The translations under genes were made by a program, and so were the position numbers. DNA of 63,646 nt, the filler included, from Reticulomyxa filosa (lineage: Eukaryota; Protista; Foraminifera): NCBI GenBank assembly GCA_000512085.1. It is 18 parts of 18 records of this genome, joined end to end, with 100 filler letters (N's around TTAATTAATTAA, not from the genome) between each part and the next. Parts side by side here need not be neighbours in the genome. Positions count along the whole stretch, not along the records: positions 50,506 to 55,491 come from ASPP01006965.1; positions 55,592 to 57,335 come from ASPP01016088.1; positions 57,436 to 59,334 come from ASPP01045311.1; positions 59,435 to 60,475 come from ASPP01008999.1; positions 60,576 to 62,400 come from ASPP01000557.1; positions 62,501 to 63,646 come from ASPP01017029.1; 12 more parts are not named here. The stretch is one strand, 5' to 3'. The notes beneath the pieces are model-generated. The model was not told the DNA's origin, made no database searches, and worked only from the letters and a program-made list of their open reading frames with translations. Numbering within the stretch: the first letter of the stretch is position 1; each line of letters starts with the position of its first letter. Positions 50,506 through 63,620 of the stretch are shown here, in pieces.

Positions 50506-53140
50506 AATCCAATGCCAGTAATCATGAGCAGTAAAGTCGAGATAATCCCCTTCTCGGACTTGAACTAGTGTCAAAGGAGATATTCCATACTCGACATGAT
50601 CCGTGCAAAAGTTGATGCACAACACTTGAAATTTCTGTTATTCCCCCCCCCCATTTCAATATCCCTTTTTTAAAAAAAACTCTCTTTTTTTTTTTTTTTT
50701 AAAAAAAAAGAGTGCACATTTGTATAACTTTGTCGGCACAAAAGCGGAATTTGAAGAGATGATACCATGGCGTCAAATGGGCCATGTCTTGCTTGAGTCC
50801 TTTTTGGGCGGTGGTCAAGTGTTCGCACCACTCCAAATCCGAGGAATACTCGCTGTCACTACGTTTGCGTGGTTTACTCTCGGTATCCGACTCTTGTTCG
50901 CTGTAATGATAATAAGGGGGTTGGATCATTTTCCCTACTTCATCGTCGCTGATATCGGTTTGTTTGGAAAGTTCGGCCTGTTCGTACGCTTCCTTCACCG
51001 TGTATTTCTGTTCTAGAGCGGCGACGTCGATCCACATGCGATAAAATGCATCTCTCCACAACGTCGCGTCTTGGAGTCGATACTAATATACACACACAAA
51101 CATATATACATATATATATATATATTGTATATTGTATATTGTATATTGTATATTGTATATATATATAATACTCGAAAAGCTTGTGAAATGGTCATGAGAG
51201 GTAATAATTCTTGCCAGGAAAGAAAAGAAAAGACAGTGATAATGAGATCTTTGGAAAGGAACAAAGGTTTGTGTAAACGCAGGTCTTTGGGGGGAACACT
51301 ACCCAATTCCATTTGCAAGCATTGTGCTTCCAAGTACTTTTGTGTGGACATATCAGGCTGTCCCTGTCGCTGCAATGCGATGGATTGTTGATATAATTGT
51401 TCGGCTTTGGCCCAACGAGTGTCTTGTAAAATGTCTTGAATGCGTTGAGGAGACTTTTCAAATGACAGTCGTTTGAACATGAGATCGGTGCGAAGAATAT
51501 ATTTGACACCTTTTGCAACTTTGGCTCCTTCGTGCCATACGTCGTGATTAAATAGTAACGCCATTCCACTTTGTGGCAATACTGTTTCTGCTTTGGCATG
51601 TTTCAAGTTTAAATACGGTTGATTTTGTTTGTTGGCAAAGAACTTGGTTTGTCCTCCTTCAAAGTCTTGATTCAAAAAGATCATCAACGTATATACCGAT
51701 GCAACTTCGTCGTTGTGTTGATATTTTCCATCGCGATGTGCTTTAAAGTGTTGTCCAGGTTCGTATTTTGTAAATCGAATGCATTCGTTCACACCCTGCA
51801 CCACCCAAATGCCTTCGTTTCCAAAGCCAAATGGACGCATTTGATCCAAGTCTCTTACCTTCAAATGTGGACGAATTCGATCCCAAAGCATCTTTGCAAA
51901 CTCCACGGATTTACCGCAAACGCGAGTGCAATTTCGATACTTTTTTTAAAATTTAAAATTTAAAATACATTTGTAATTCACACAATATAAAGATACCTCA
52001 GGATGGTACTCATTGTCAATCGATTGGAATTTCATATCTTCCGCTTGCTTCATATAGAACGTGCATTCGTCGGTTGACAATATATTTGTCACTCGGAATA
52101 TGCGACATTCATCATTGTTCCACAACTCTATGTCGCTTCGCTCTTGTTTTGTCCTCAGTGACAAAGTCGTTTTTTCGCTACATTTTTTTTAAATCAAAAA
52201 AAAAAAAAAGGGGGGGGGGGGAAATAAAAAAGTTCATTTTTATCAAAAAAAAAAAAAAAAAGTGTGAGTTATGACGCAACTGTTGCTTATGCAAAGTGAA
52301 AGGCAGCAAATTTTTAAAGTAAGGAACATTGCGATTGTTATCATTTGAATCGGATGGTTGCTCCTGCTTCCTCTCTTCTTTTTCATGATCGGTGTCGGAG
52401 AGAGGAGTGGGCCAGTCGAAGCGGTTATAAGCGACCCAGTTGTCGTAAACGACTGGGTTGCGACGATCAGTGATAGACTGACTTTGATTGGCAATGTATC
52501 GATAAAAGAAGGGTCTATACTTGTGCTTGCCAGACGGGTTGTTTCGAAAGGTTGGGATTTTCGGCAGTGACAAAGTTGCTTCAAATGTCGGCATCGTATG
52601 GTCATCGCTCAGCTGCTTTTCTTCCCTTACTAGATCCAAACGAATGCCTGGGTATTTGAAGTTGTCCCAATCTCCAATCACATAGATCTCACTACTTGCA
52701 GGCCGGTGTTGCACTCGGAATAATACCTCTTCCGATTCCATGTCCTCATATTGCTTTTGTTCTTTCGTCTTCCTTTTCTTCTTCTTCTTCTTCTTCTTCT
52801 CTTCTTTCTTTTTCTCTGTTTCTTCTTCTTCTTCTTCGTCCAATGTTGTCTCTTCTTCGGCCTTCTTCTCGTTTGTGTCTCCGTCGTTCTCGTCCTCAAT
52901 AATGCTGTAACTTGGCGCTGCAAACTCATTTTTCAATTTTTTCAATCGCTCGGCTTTTTGCTGCATTCGCTGCACTGCCGCTTCTCTTCGCAGTCCCTCT
53001 TCCTCTTGTTTTCGCTTTTTCTCTAGTTCTTTTGTTGTCGGCGTTAGGGTCTCGTCTTGCGGTTCTGTTGTCTCGTTGTCCCCTGAAGTGCCATCTACTT
53101 CGTCCGACATGTTTTGCTTTTTACACAAATTTGCGCCCAT
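50506..53140 (-). CDS. Probable single gene: N-myristoylation motif, acidic/basic coiled region, CBM48-like domain, 2OG-Fe(II) oxygenase (P4H-like), F-box; 3' truncated
   Basis: MGANLCKK; EIYVIGDWDNF...FEATLSLP...FFYRYI (CBM48); an in-frame GT-AG intron at 52280-52178; RFTKYEPGQHFKAHRDG, IFLNQDFEGGQTKF, WHEG...KYILRTD (2OG); LSKDLIITVFSFLSWQELL...LWR (F-box). Confidence 0.72.
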
Positions 53141-53653
53141 TCACCTTTATATTCAATATCAACCGGATTAAATCACACTCTTTACCTTGGGGCTGGCTTG
53201 TTGCCCTCGTTTATATGTTTTCTTTGCAAGGCCCGTAACCCTTTGGGCGTGCGACGGATCACACAAGCAGGGCAAAGCAAATCGAGACAACGAATGACGA
53301 TAAACAGTTGAGACACTTAGATTATACCAAAGCCAAGCCGGCATTTGCTACTAACAATGTAAGTTTTGATGAAATTATAATTAAAAGAAAGATGACAGCG
53401 TTTCTTTGGAATGCCAATGTCAAGCAAAAAAAGGATAGAAAAAAAACCATAGATAGTGCAATGTTTTGGAACACTTGTAAGTGTGCATCCGCGAACTCCT
53501 TACGTCTCGAAAGCAGAAGAGGGAGAAAAATAGGGGGTGGATGTTAGGGAAAACATCCCTTTGAAAAAGTAATTTGACAAATAGTGGCAATCGCACAATT
53601 TGAATTGAACCCCCTTTTTTTTTTTTTTTTTTTTGACCCTTTTTTTTTTTTTT

Positions 53654-55491
53654 TTAAGTAAAAAAAAAAAGATCATTTCTTGGATTGAACTTTTTCAATA
53701 TCGAAATGATTTTTGATTCCCCACGAGTAAATGTTGACATGATTGTTTTTCTCCCATCGAACTTTGGCGATGATAGCCGAAACCTGGAGAACAAACTGTA
53801 GTACACAAACAGTTCCGAGGGCACCATCGCCGCCATCTTCATCAGCATAGAAGCGAGAGTCCCACCAAGCGGACCTTTTGACACGATCTCCGACGCGAAT
53901 TCTGGAAATGGGATGAGCAAAGAGTTTGCCCCTGTGTTGGAACACGACATCGATGGCATGGTTGTAATGGAAGCGAAAGCCATGTCGAGCCGTCCATTGC
54001 GTGAGAACGCGATCACCACGAATGCGATGTGGATCCACGCGAGTCTTATCCCATTGTTCCACACGCAACACAATAGCATTCGTGGTGACAGACGAAAAGT
54101 CTCCCGTCGAAGGCTGTTCGAAGTCGGGTCCTTTGCATACGACGTCGTCCACGAGCAAGTAGGCGTTGTCCTCCAATGGAACGGCCTTCACGATCTCCAG
54201 GTCGTATGTGTTTTCGTCACCCCAACGGTAACGGGCCAATGGCTGTCCCACCACATCCTCGAACTCTTGCTCCTCCCATTGCATCACGTCTCTCCAAAAA
54301 CGTGAGTTCTTTATCATTGTGTCCCAATCCACAAAGAGTGGGTCTGCACACTTTTGTCGTTCCTTTATGTCTTGCAGCTTCTCTGATCCATTTTTTCGTT
54401 GATGCTTTTTCCATGCCTTGTCGTCGTTATCCTCTTTCTTTTCATCTTCATCTTCATCGTCATCGTCTTCATCATTTTCATCCTCATTATCTTCTTTTTC
54501 TTTTGCTCGCTTTCTTTCTTCTTTTTTTTTTGCAACTCCTCGGCTTTTCGCTTCCACTCATTCTTGTCCTTGTCCCACAACACACCCACACGAATGCCAT
54601 TCGCAAATGGAGCTGGAGATGCATACAACTCAATCACTGTCCCATAGCCCTCTTCTGACCCGCCATCTTGGCTTTACATTAACAACATCAAAAAAAAAAA
54701 AAAAAAAGGGGTCAAATTATTTCCCCACTGCTCTCACTTTTGACTAAATTTTGTAAAAATTTGTTTCGTGATTATGCCGAAATAAATAAATAAAAAAAAA
54801 ATATAAAAAGTAAGTGTAACTCTCCCCAACGCCAACTGGAATCAGCTCGCTTGACTTTATCGCCAACAGCCAAGTAGCGCAGTCTAGTGTCAGCAAGACC
54901 GAAATAAGAGGAATGTCGCTCGACGACTTTGAGGTCATAAGCGCCGCGATATCCGAAGCGATAGTTGCCATAGCTGCCAATGTTCCAGAGGACCACAACT
55001 TCTGTGACACTATGTTCGGGGTCATTTGGATGCCACCGTCGCAAAGCGCGGACTCGTCCGGTCATTCCAGCTTGTCCATCTTGATCTCCCCATTTCCAGT
55101 CCGGCCCTCTCTTCACCATATCGCCGATGAAGATCCCCTCGACCATGGACTCTCTTTCATCACCAATGTACTCGCCCAAAACTTTGTCGACGTCCCCTTG
55201 GTGTCGGCACAAACTGCGGATATTCCGATACTCCTCGTATCCCATCGTTGCCAATTGTGACAGCTCTTCTCTGTACAGCTCGTGACTTGTCGCGATCAAC
55301 TCCTCCGTCAGCTCGTCGTCGATGTCCACTTCGGGCAGATACTTTTCCTCCACGCCCAGCCGTACTGCCACTGCGCGAGGTCCATTCTTGCATGGGTACA
55401 TTATTCGGTATGCCTCTGTCCATAACATAGCATATATAATTTATATATGTATAATTTATTTATTTATACGTATTGTATGAACACACTCCGT
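53654..55491 (-). CDS. UBA-like plus multiple MIB/HERC2 domain protein, partial
   Basis: LSQLATMGY..RNIRSL..HQGDVDKVL (UBA); VKRGPDWKWGDQDG...VVVLW..G.YGNYRFGYRGAYDL plus about three further similar units. Confidence 0.85.
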
Positions 55492-55629
55492 NNNNNNNNN
55501 NNNNNNNNNNNNNNNNNNNNNNNNNNNNNNNNNNNTTAATTAATTAANNNNNNNNNNNNNNNNNNNNNNNNNNNNNNNNNNNNNNNNNNNNTTTTTTTTT
55601 TTTTTTTCATGTCGTTTCATTGCTCTTGT

Positions 55630-55896
55630 CTAAACTTGAAGCAAATTGTAAAACTGCTCTTTATCTTGAAGAAGTTTATTATACGGAATGCTCCCTACTT
55701 TTTCTTTGTCCAGCGTGTTAAAAATTTTTTCACACTGTTTGTCTGTGGCCTCTGGCATTAGTCGGCGCATCAACTCTCCAAACTCTACTAAATCCAACTT
55801 CTGATTTTTGTCCGAATCTGCCTGTGAAAACATTTTGGCCAACTCTTCCCGCAATACAGCGGCTTGTTCCTCTGAAATAGTATCTACCGACGTCAT
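55630..55896 (-). CDS. EF-hand protein (likely first exon)
   Basis: FSQADSDKNQKLDLVEF and IFNTLDKEKVGSIPY. Confidence 0.8.
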   Translation of the reverse strand: MTSVDTISEEQAAVLREELAKMFSQADSDKNQKLDLVEFGELMRRLMPEATDKQCEKIFNTLDKEKVGSIPYNKLLQDKEQFYNLLQV

Positions 55897-56307
55897 TTAT
55901 ATCTGCTCTTTGTCAAAGCCAATTTAAAAAACTCTTTTTGCGGGTTACCACTGGCCAGAACATTTATCTCTTGACCAACAACTTTTTGGTTGTCAAACAT
56001 GACATTTGAATACTTTTTTGTGTTTTTAATGGAAAAATAAATATATCTGCGGAATGAAGTAGATAACAAGCTTTGTCGAAAAGTTACTTTGAATTACTGA
56101 AGCAAGTTGGAGAACATTGCAGAATTCTCTACAATGCCCACAATTTGTTGACAACAGAACATCCACCCATAGATTACGAAAGATGTATCATCGACCCACA
56201 AAAACGAATAGCAATACTTTGATAAATTAGATTAGAACAAAAAAGGAGAGGGCACACAATAAGGGAGGAAAGGAGGAGGGAGAGAGGGGGAAAAAAAAAG
56301 AGTAGCT

Positions 56308-57290
56308 TTAGTCAATATCGACTGTTTCTTCTTCAGATAGTTCATCTTCCAATCCATTCAATCCCATATAATGATATAATTTCATGGCCGTTTCAGCTGC
56401 AGTTTTTTTTCTATCCTCATAGGAAAGGTTTCCGTTGAGCGATGCTTGTCTCACATTTTTCATTTCCTCGACTAACGATTCAAAGGCCTGCATATCCCAT
56501 TCGACATTATTAGGGCGTTTGGCGTCTTTTGCTTCATTTGTTGACTCGTACTTGACCTTTTCATCACTCCACATTTTAGCAAACTGATGGATGAGTCCAT
56601 TGTCTTTGGGGCTGTCCTTATCGTCATTCTCATCGTCCTCCTCCGCACTCATGTGATCATCATCCAGAATTTTGTCGACATTATCTTGGGTTTTGCTTTC
56701 AGGTTTTTCTTTGATTACGACACTAGCATGTTTCTCTTCTTCACAACAACAGCAATAACAAACAAACCAAACATACATAACAAAAAGATATTGCTCAACG
56801 ATTCGCATTGTCATTTCAAAAGTAATGTAAAGTGTTTGACTTGTATAGCTTTTTAACGTTAGTCAAAAGACTATTTTACCGTGGTCGTCGTTGTCTTCTT
56901 TTGTCTCAGCGAGCGTGACGCTGCTCCGGTCTTTCGTGGGGCCATTATCATCACTGGCCAATTGACACATTGCAAAGCGTCAAACACGCGCTGACTGCCC
57001 AATTCTTCTGCGCTGTAACTACTTAGTATGTCTTTCCATACATTGTTGCTATTGCTATTGCTATTGTTATCACTCGGAATATGAGGCGAAGGAACAAATT
57101 CATAGTTGTGATCCACACACCACTCGTGCAAATATTCGTGCATTTGCATTATATGCTCCTTCTTTTTTTTATCATTACTGTCCCAAAAGTCCATGTTCGG
57201 ATAGTTCCCTACCAACAAACAAGACATTGCTTTTTCACTTGAAGATAACAATACATCGTCCCATTCCATCAACTCATTTTTTATCACTGG
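56308..57290 (-). CDS. AAGAB: Alpha/gamma-adaptin-binding protein p34-like, partial
   Basis: EWCVDHNYEFV, GSQRVFDALQCVNWPVM and C-terminal FESLVEEMKNVR....LSYEDRKKTAAETAM. Confidence 0.8.
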
Positions 57291-59434
57291 CTGTTTTTTT
57301 TTTTTTTTTTTTGTTTTTTTTTTTTTTTTTTTTTTNNNNNNNNNNNNNNNNNNNNNNNNNNNNNNNNNNNNNNNNNNNNTTAATTAATTAANNNNNNNNN
57401 NNNNNNNNNNNNNNNNNNNNNNNNNNNNNNNNNNNTGCAATTGTCAAAATAGTGTTGCTTGCCCATGACCTTTTGTTGTGATGCGGAGATTGCCAAATAT
57501 TTCTGTTTCATTGACAATATTTCTTCAAAAAAGATTGGAGCTCGTTTCTGTTTTGACATTTATTAGAGTCAATGATTCAATATTCATATTTTCAAAGTCT
57601 TGGTGACACGTGTCAACACCTTTTAGGGATTGATTGTGTCGATTCTCTTTACACTGTCTTGATCCACTTGATAAGCTCATACTTGTTGCACAATTCGTTG
57701 CCACTTGCCTTATTTCTTGGAATAGTCCAAATGTCTCTAATACCATTGATCGGCAGTTTTGCTTCTTTTTCTTTTCTTTCATTTCAAACCTAATAAATCA
57801 TTTTACAATGAAAAGGTCAATGTTCAAATTGTTTTGATTAAGATATATTATTACAACTGAAAATATGATAAAAATAATATATACCTTCAAATAGAACTCC
57901 TTGCCATTTTGTACGTTTTGAATTCGAATAATAACAGGATTGCTTGTCACAAGGGCCATTGGATAACGATAATTGTGCTTCATTTTGTCGATAGATTTGA
58001 TTCACATCGTCCCTGTCATCGTTAGTGGTGACTATTGATACGGTTTGCATTTTTAAGATCGGTTATATACTTGTGAATTGTTTCCCAGATATGGATTGGC
58101 CAATTGTTGAGTTGATCCCAAAATTGTTGAATGTAATCTTGATTTGTTTTCCTGCTGCTACCAAATGCAATTGTGTTTAGACCTTTTTCCAGAGAATGAT
58201 ACATTCACCAGATGACAACATTAGTAAATTGGAAACCGTGTTGATAAATTGATTGATCGTGTTCGATACTTGATTTTTCACGGCAACACAATTTGAAAGT
58301 TTGTGAGCCACATTGCTCCTCCGACAATATTGCTACTCAAACAGTGCAATATCATCTACTATCAATGATAAGACGTTTAATGCTTCCAATTCAGCCAAGA
58401 CATTATCAACAATGGAATACGTGTTATATACCGACTTTGCTTTGGACATGCATTTAATAATCTCTAACATTCACTGCAACAATATTTTTTGTTTCAAATC
58501 TATATACAGAAATAATACATTGATTGGAAATTATTGGAAAAAAAAGAAAAATAGCTATTTGCTCCAAATCAATTCAACTGATCGGCTGTTTTTTTCTTTC
58601 GACGGAGGACTAGGACATGCATAATTCAGTTTGACATGAAATCTTGGAGGCAATGTTAAATTCGTATGTACGTAAATACCAATTATGCAGAACACTTCTT
58701 CTACTTCACAGTACAATCTTTTTTTGGTAAGCAAATGCACAGCCGAATTTTTGGACCAATGGTATTGGATAGTGGTTGTTACACTGTTAATCCATTGGTA
58801 TTTTTGGGCAATGAAACAGCAGCTGAATTGAATATATATAATAAAAATAGTGATATTGTTGGTTGTGTCATGCCTATTGAATCCATTGCATTATCAATTT
58901 CAATAACTTCACCAAATCAAACAGCAAATAAAAGATGAATCCCGAATTGAAATGATAGATTGTGGTGCTTGAGTTTTTTGCCAAAGAATTTACATTCAAC
59001 GTTGTTCGTCTGCAATTGTTTCTCCCATTCTCGTGTTATTGTTGTTGTATTGTGCCATTATTAAAATTGCCACTGATATTGCTTTTCATCTATATAACGT
59101 TATATTTAGTTTTCACAGTGTTTTTTTAAACAAACAAAAAAAAATACACTTAACTAATGTTGTTATCCCATACGGGATATAATCAATTTTCCAATAAAAA
59201 AAATTAAAAATTCAAACAAATTTTTTTCCATTATTCTTTTATTTTTTCTTTCATTTATTTTTCCTTATAATAATATCCATTTTTTTTTCTTTTTTTTTCC
59301 ATACTTTTTTTTCTTTTTTCTTTTTTATCATTCCNNNNNNNNNNNNNNNNNNNNNNNNNNNNNNNNNNNNNNNNNNNNTTAATTAATTAANNNNNNNNNN
59401 NNNNNNNNNNNNNNNNNNNNNNNNNNNNNNNNNN

Positions 59435-60475
59435 CGGAGTTTTAATTTCTTTTTCTTTACAATCTTGTTTCCGGGATGGTCGCCTTGCCATTCTTGTGAA
59501 AACGAACGCTGTCTCAACAAGTCTGCGCCGACATTAACGTCTAAAGCAGCCAGTTGTGCAATTTCATCCCTCAATGACTTTTGCTCTCCACGCGTTTTCG
59601 AGGGGTCTCTTTCGACTGTCCATCGTTCATGCTCTGCTTCAGCTCGTCCTTTGACTCGTTCAATGTCTTTTCGTCAGTGTTCGACGTAACCTGCTCGGAC
59701 GACTGTACATCGTGCGTGGACGTATCTTCGGTCCTGTTGCTGTTGTTGTTCTGCATTACCGTCGGCTGCGTCAAGTAAGGTGTCAATTCGTTGGCAGGGT
59801 TTGCTGAAAACCGTAAGCTTGCTGCCATGTGCACTTGAGTCGATAAGTGGGTACTTGCCCTTCGATTCGGCAAGCCCTTTAATTGCCCATCCTCCATTGT
59901 CTCGTCGTTCTTTCTTCCTTTGTTACCACAGCAACAATAGCGCCGATTGCATTTCGGATCAATGTTCACATAAGTGCGATTGTAATATAGCGGAAACGCA
60001 GTTACGCTCATTCCACAAAACCACGCCGTCATTGCTAGACCAGTGTATATGTGTTATACGTAATTTATATAAATATATATACATATATGTATATATGATG
60101 TATGTTGGGTTTAACACAAACTTATGTGTTATGGACAATTCATTAAACAATTTTTTTTTTTGGAATAAACAAATACCTTGGAAAAGAGGACGCAACCACC
60201 AAATAGGAAATTTTAATTGAGAGAGAGTGAAAAGTATTATAAAATCAGGCACCACTGAAAATAGAGAAAGCGCTACTGCGATCATTTCTTGTCGGACATT
60301 GAAGAGATCTCGGTAAGGTGGCAAAGATCTCCATAAGAACAACACCACTGTTACTTTTGCTACCACTAAAAGTACAGCATAAAGTGCTGGTATTATCATT
60401 CTTGGCTTGGCTGGAAATGCTGCTGTCAATGCCCTGGGTTATTTTTTGTTTTCCCCTTTTTTCGTTCAGTACCCC
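59435..60475 (-). CDS. Multi-pass membrane protein fragment (possibly GPCR-like)
   Basis: Three hydrophobic helices (IIPALYAVLLVVAKVTVVLFLW; DLFNVRQEMIAVALSLF; AWFCGMSVTAFPL) and a Cys-rich cytosolic tail. Confidence 0.5.
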
Positions 60476-62500
60476 NNNNNNNNNNNNNNNNNNNNNNNNN
60501 NNNNNNNNNNNNNNNNNNNTTAATTAATTAANNNNNNNNNNNNNNNNNNNNNNNNNNNNNNNNNNNNNNNNNNNNGAGAGAGTATTAATAGATATGGAGA
60601 ATGAATTAGAAGATTTTGGATTTAAAAAAGAAGATGATGATAATTGGTATTATCAATATCATAATATTCAATTATTACATCTGTGGAAATGTTATAAATG
60701 GTGGGTCTATCAACAAATCATGTATGTGTTTATTTTGTTGTTGTTAATAAAACAAATGATATAAATATATAAATGATATAACCAATCATTTTAAATAGAT
60801 ATAAAACAAGATATTGGATTAAATACAAAGTGTGTATGTTATGGAATGGAAAATGGAAAGATTATGAATGTGGTAATATAACACATAAAGAGCCATTGAA
60901 TCCATATTCAATCACTTTCAAACAAGGAAAAGAGTATGATAAAAAGTCTTTATTAATTTTTTGTTAGTAACAAAAAAAGAGATTACAATGTGACCGATTA
61001 GTATAAATTATTGAATTTTTGTTTCATAAAAGAATGCATCGTAAAGAAAGAAAATGTTACTTTAATTCTGCATCAAGTTTATTGACTAGTTCTTGGAAAA
61101 GAAGAAGTAATTTTTATTTTATTTGAGCCACTAAATAATAAGTATATCTTTCCGCAAAAACAAAAAAAGACATTCATTCAACTCTTGAACTTGCCTTTTT
61201 CATTTTTCAAAAGGCTATTCACATACTTTTTTTTTAGAGGAAAGTTAAAACTACTCAACATTAACATCATGGATAATCGAATTACAACACAAAAATCTCA
61301 TGAAAGATAAACTTTAATGCACTTTCAAAATTTGATAGACAACAAAAAAAGCAATAAATGCATTTTGATGCCTTTTGGTGATACGATAAAATTAATGATA
61401 AAATATATGTTAAACAAAAAAATAAAACAAAACATAACAAAATGAACTCCTTTCATATGTAATCAATAATAATCAAATTTGCACCAAAAAATGAAGGCAA
61501 TTATCATAAAAACCAAAAAAACTAATTCTATTCGAGTTCACTAACTGTCTGATTGTAATGATACTCAATTTGTTACAAAGGTTAAGTATTCCAATTTTAA
61601 AAAAAAAAGGAAGGGAAAAGCGAAAAAGAAAAGAATCAGATCAGGCGGAGCCTGAAGGCGCCGCCCAAACTGACTCTTTCTTTTTGCTTTTGTCTTCCTT
61701 TGTTTTTTTTAGCTTTCTGAGATCTACAAAAGTGTGTTTTTGGTGTATCTTTTGAAATCTCAACTATATCGAGTAAAACTTTATTCTATGTATGGACGGA
61801 TTTGCAAAAATGAGCGATGCGTCATATATCTTAGTGGATTTCAAAATATGTATTTTTCATACAAGAATGAAACAGACATATTCTTTTGGTGTGAAAAGCG
61901 TAGATTATTTTAGACTAATTCCGGTCTTTCTACGACACTTTTACACTAATAGGAACAGCAATAAGTTGTATAATTGAGTTTTTTAGAAATTTTTATACCT
62001 TTTTTGTTGTTTGGTGTTTATTCTTTTATAGAAATTGAAACTATAATTACTTTTGCTTGCTTAAACATTAAGACAGTAACAATAAGGACCACTAGGACTT
62101 TTTATACCTTTTTTAATTAATCTTATTGTATTTTTTGATTTTTGATGTTTGGAAAATTTGAATTATATAATTACATACACAAAAAAAGGAATACAAGTTT
62201 TCAGTTTTCCAAAATACAAAAATTGGAACCAAGTTTTTCTTATCAATAATCAACAAGTTATTTTTTAAAAAATACTTTTAGGATTGCTCTATGCTATATT
62301 CGTTTGTATTAATCATGATAAAATAATAACTTTTTCAATTCAACAGATAAGATGCATGTGAATTATTTTAAAAAAGACTTGTAACACTTGAAAAAAACTT
62401 NNNNNNNNNNNNNNNNNNNNNNNNNNNNNNNNNNNNNNNNNNNNTTAATTAATTAANNNNNNNNNNNNNNNNNNNNNNNNNNNNNNNNNNNNNNNNNNNN

Positions 62501-62542
<42 letters not shown>

Positions 62543-62669
62543 AGTTGAACTCTAACGACCTTTTTTTTTCCCTCCCCCTCCCCTTCTCCACCCTCATTGT
62601 CAATAACAAAAAAAAAAAAAAAAAAAAAAAAAGGATACAGGAGGAAGTGAGTTACACTCATCGACAGAA

Positions 62670-63620
62670 GTGCATGAAAGTAGTGAAGACAAAAAAACGA
62701 ACACAGCAGAAGTGATAGTACAACCGGTGGTGGAGACCCCCGTGGTAGTAGTTGAGCCCGTCGTAGAAGCGAAGCAAAAAGAGATAAACCTAGCAGACGT
62801 GAAATTGGACGTGGAACATGTGAAACAGTACATTGGACAAACGAGCGGGGTGACATTATCGGTGTATTGGTACAAAGTGGACCAGAAACGAAAAGATCAA
62901 ATTGACACGAATGACCAGTTGATCCAATTGTTCAAAGAGATCATCCACGGCTATGTGGAATCAGTTGCAGGCAAAGAGGTGATCGAGTTGCTGGAGGCAA
63001 CCATTGCCAATCTGAGTGAAGATTTTGCTAATCACTATTTAAATGCGATGGACAATTACAATGAATCGGATATGAACTATTTACATAAAAAGTCGTTTGA
63101 TAAGCTTTTTATGCAATATGTTTTATTCCCTCAGCCAATGGATTGGGAAAAGAATCAACGTTCAAAACGGGTATTATTTATTAATACATACATATACATA
63201 TACATATATATATATATGTATGTATATGTATACATATATGTATTGTTAATTGCAATTATATTTGTAATGTATGTGTATGTGTATATGTTTGTATACGTGA
63301 AAGGGAGAAAAAGTCGAAGCCAAATTTGATATGCTCACTTACGTCAGTTCCTCTCCCACAATGAGAGGCCGTTCGTCAGAATCGTTTGACGCAAAAGCAT
63401 TGGCACAAGAGTTGAAGGAAATCTTGGAAGGTTCGTCCACCTCTCGTGCAGACCGCTTTGCTGACATGGTGCTATCTCTCAACTGCGCACAGCGCGTTGC
63501 CGTCCGAGACTTGTACAAAAACTCGCGTGACCAAGTCTTGAAAGATCACCTTTCCTCGTGTTTAGGAAAGGATGAAACCAGAATTGCACAAACTTTGTTC
63601 CGCTCTTTTGCCGAGTTTCG
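62670..63620 (+). CDS. Annexin-like protein with long N-terminal region, partial
   Basis: The exon at about 63304-63619, absent from the ORF track, reads FDAKALAQELKEILEG...FADMVLSLNCAQRVAVRDLYK....LKDHLSSCLG..ETRIAQTLFRSFAEF, the pattern of an annexin repeat. Confidence 0.65.

Noticed and set aside
60576-60950. PUB-like fragment (ELEDFGFKK...WYYQY)
   Set aside because: Short, frameshifted and at a contig edge; insufficient support.
8939-62500. Recurring TTAATTAATTAA as a biological repeat or CRISPR-like array
   Set aside because: It is always embedded in fixed N44 flanks and is a six-frame-stop assembly linker.
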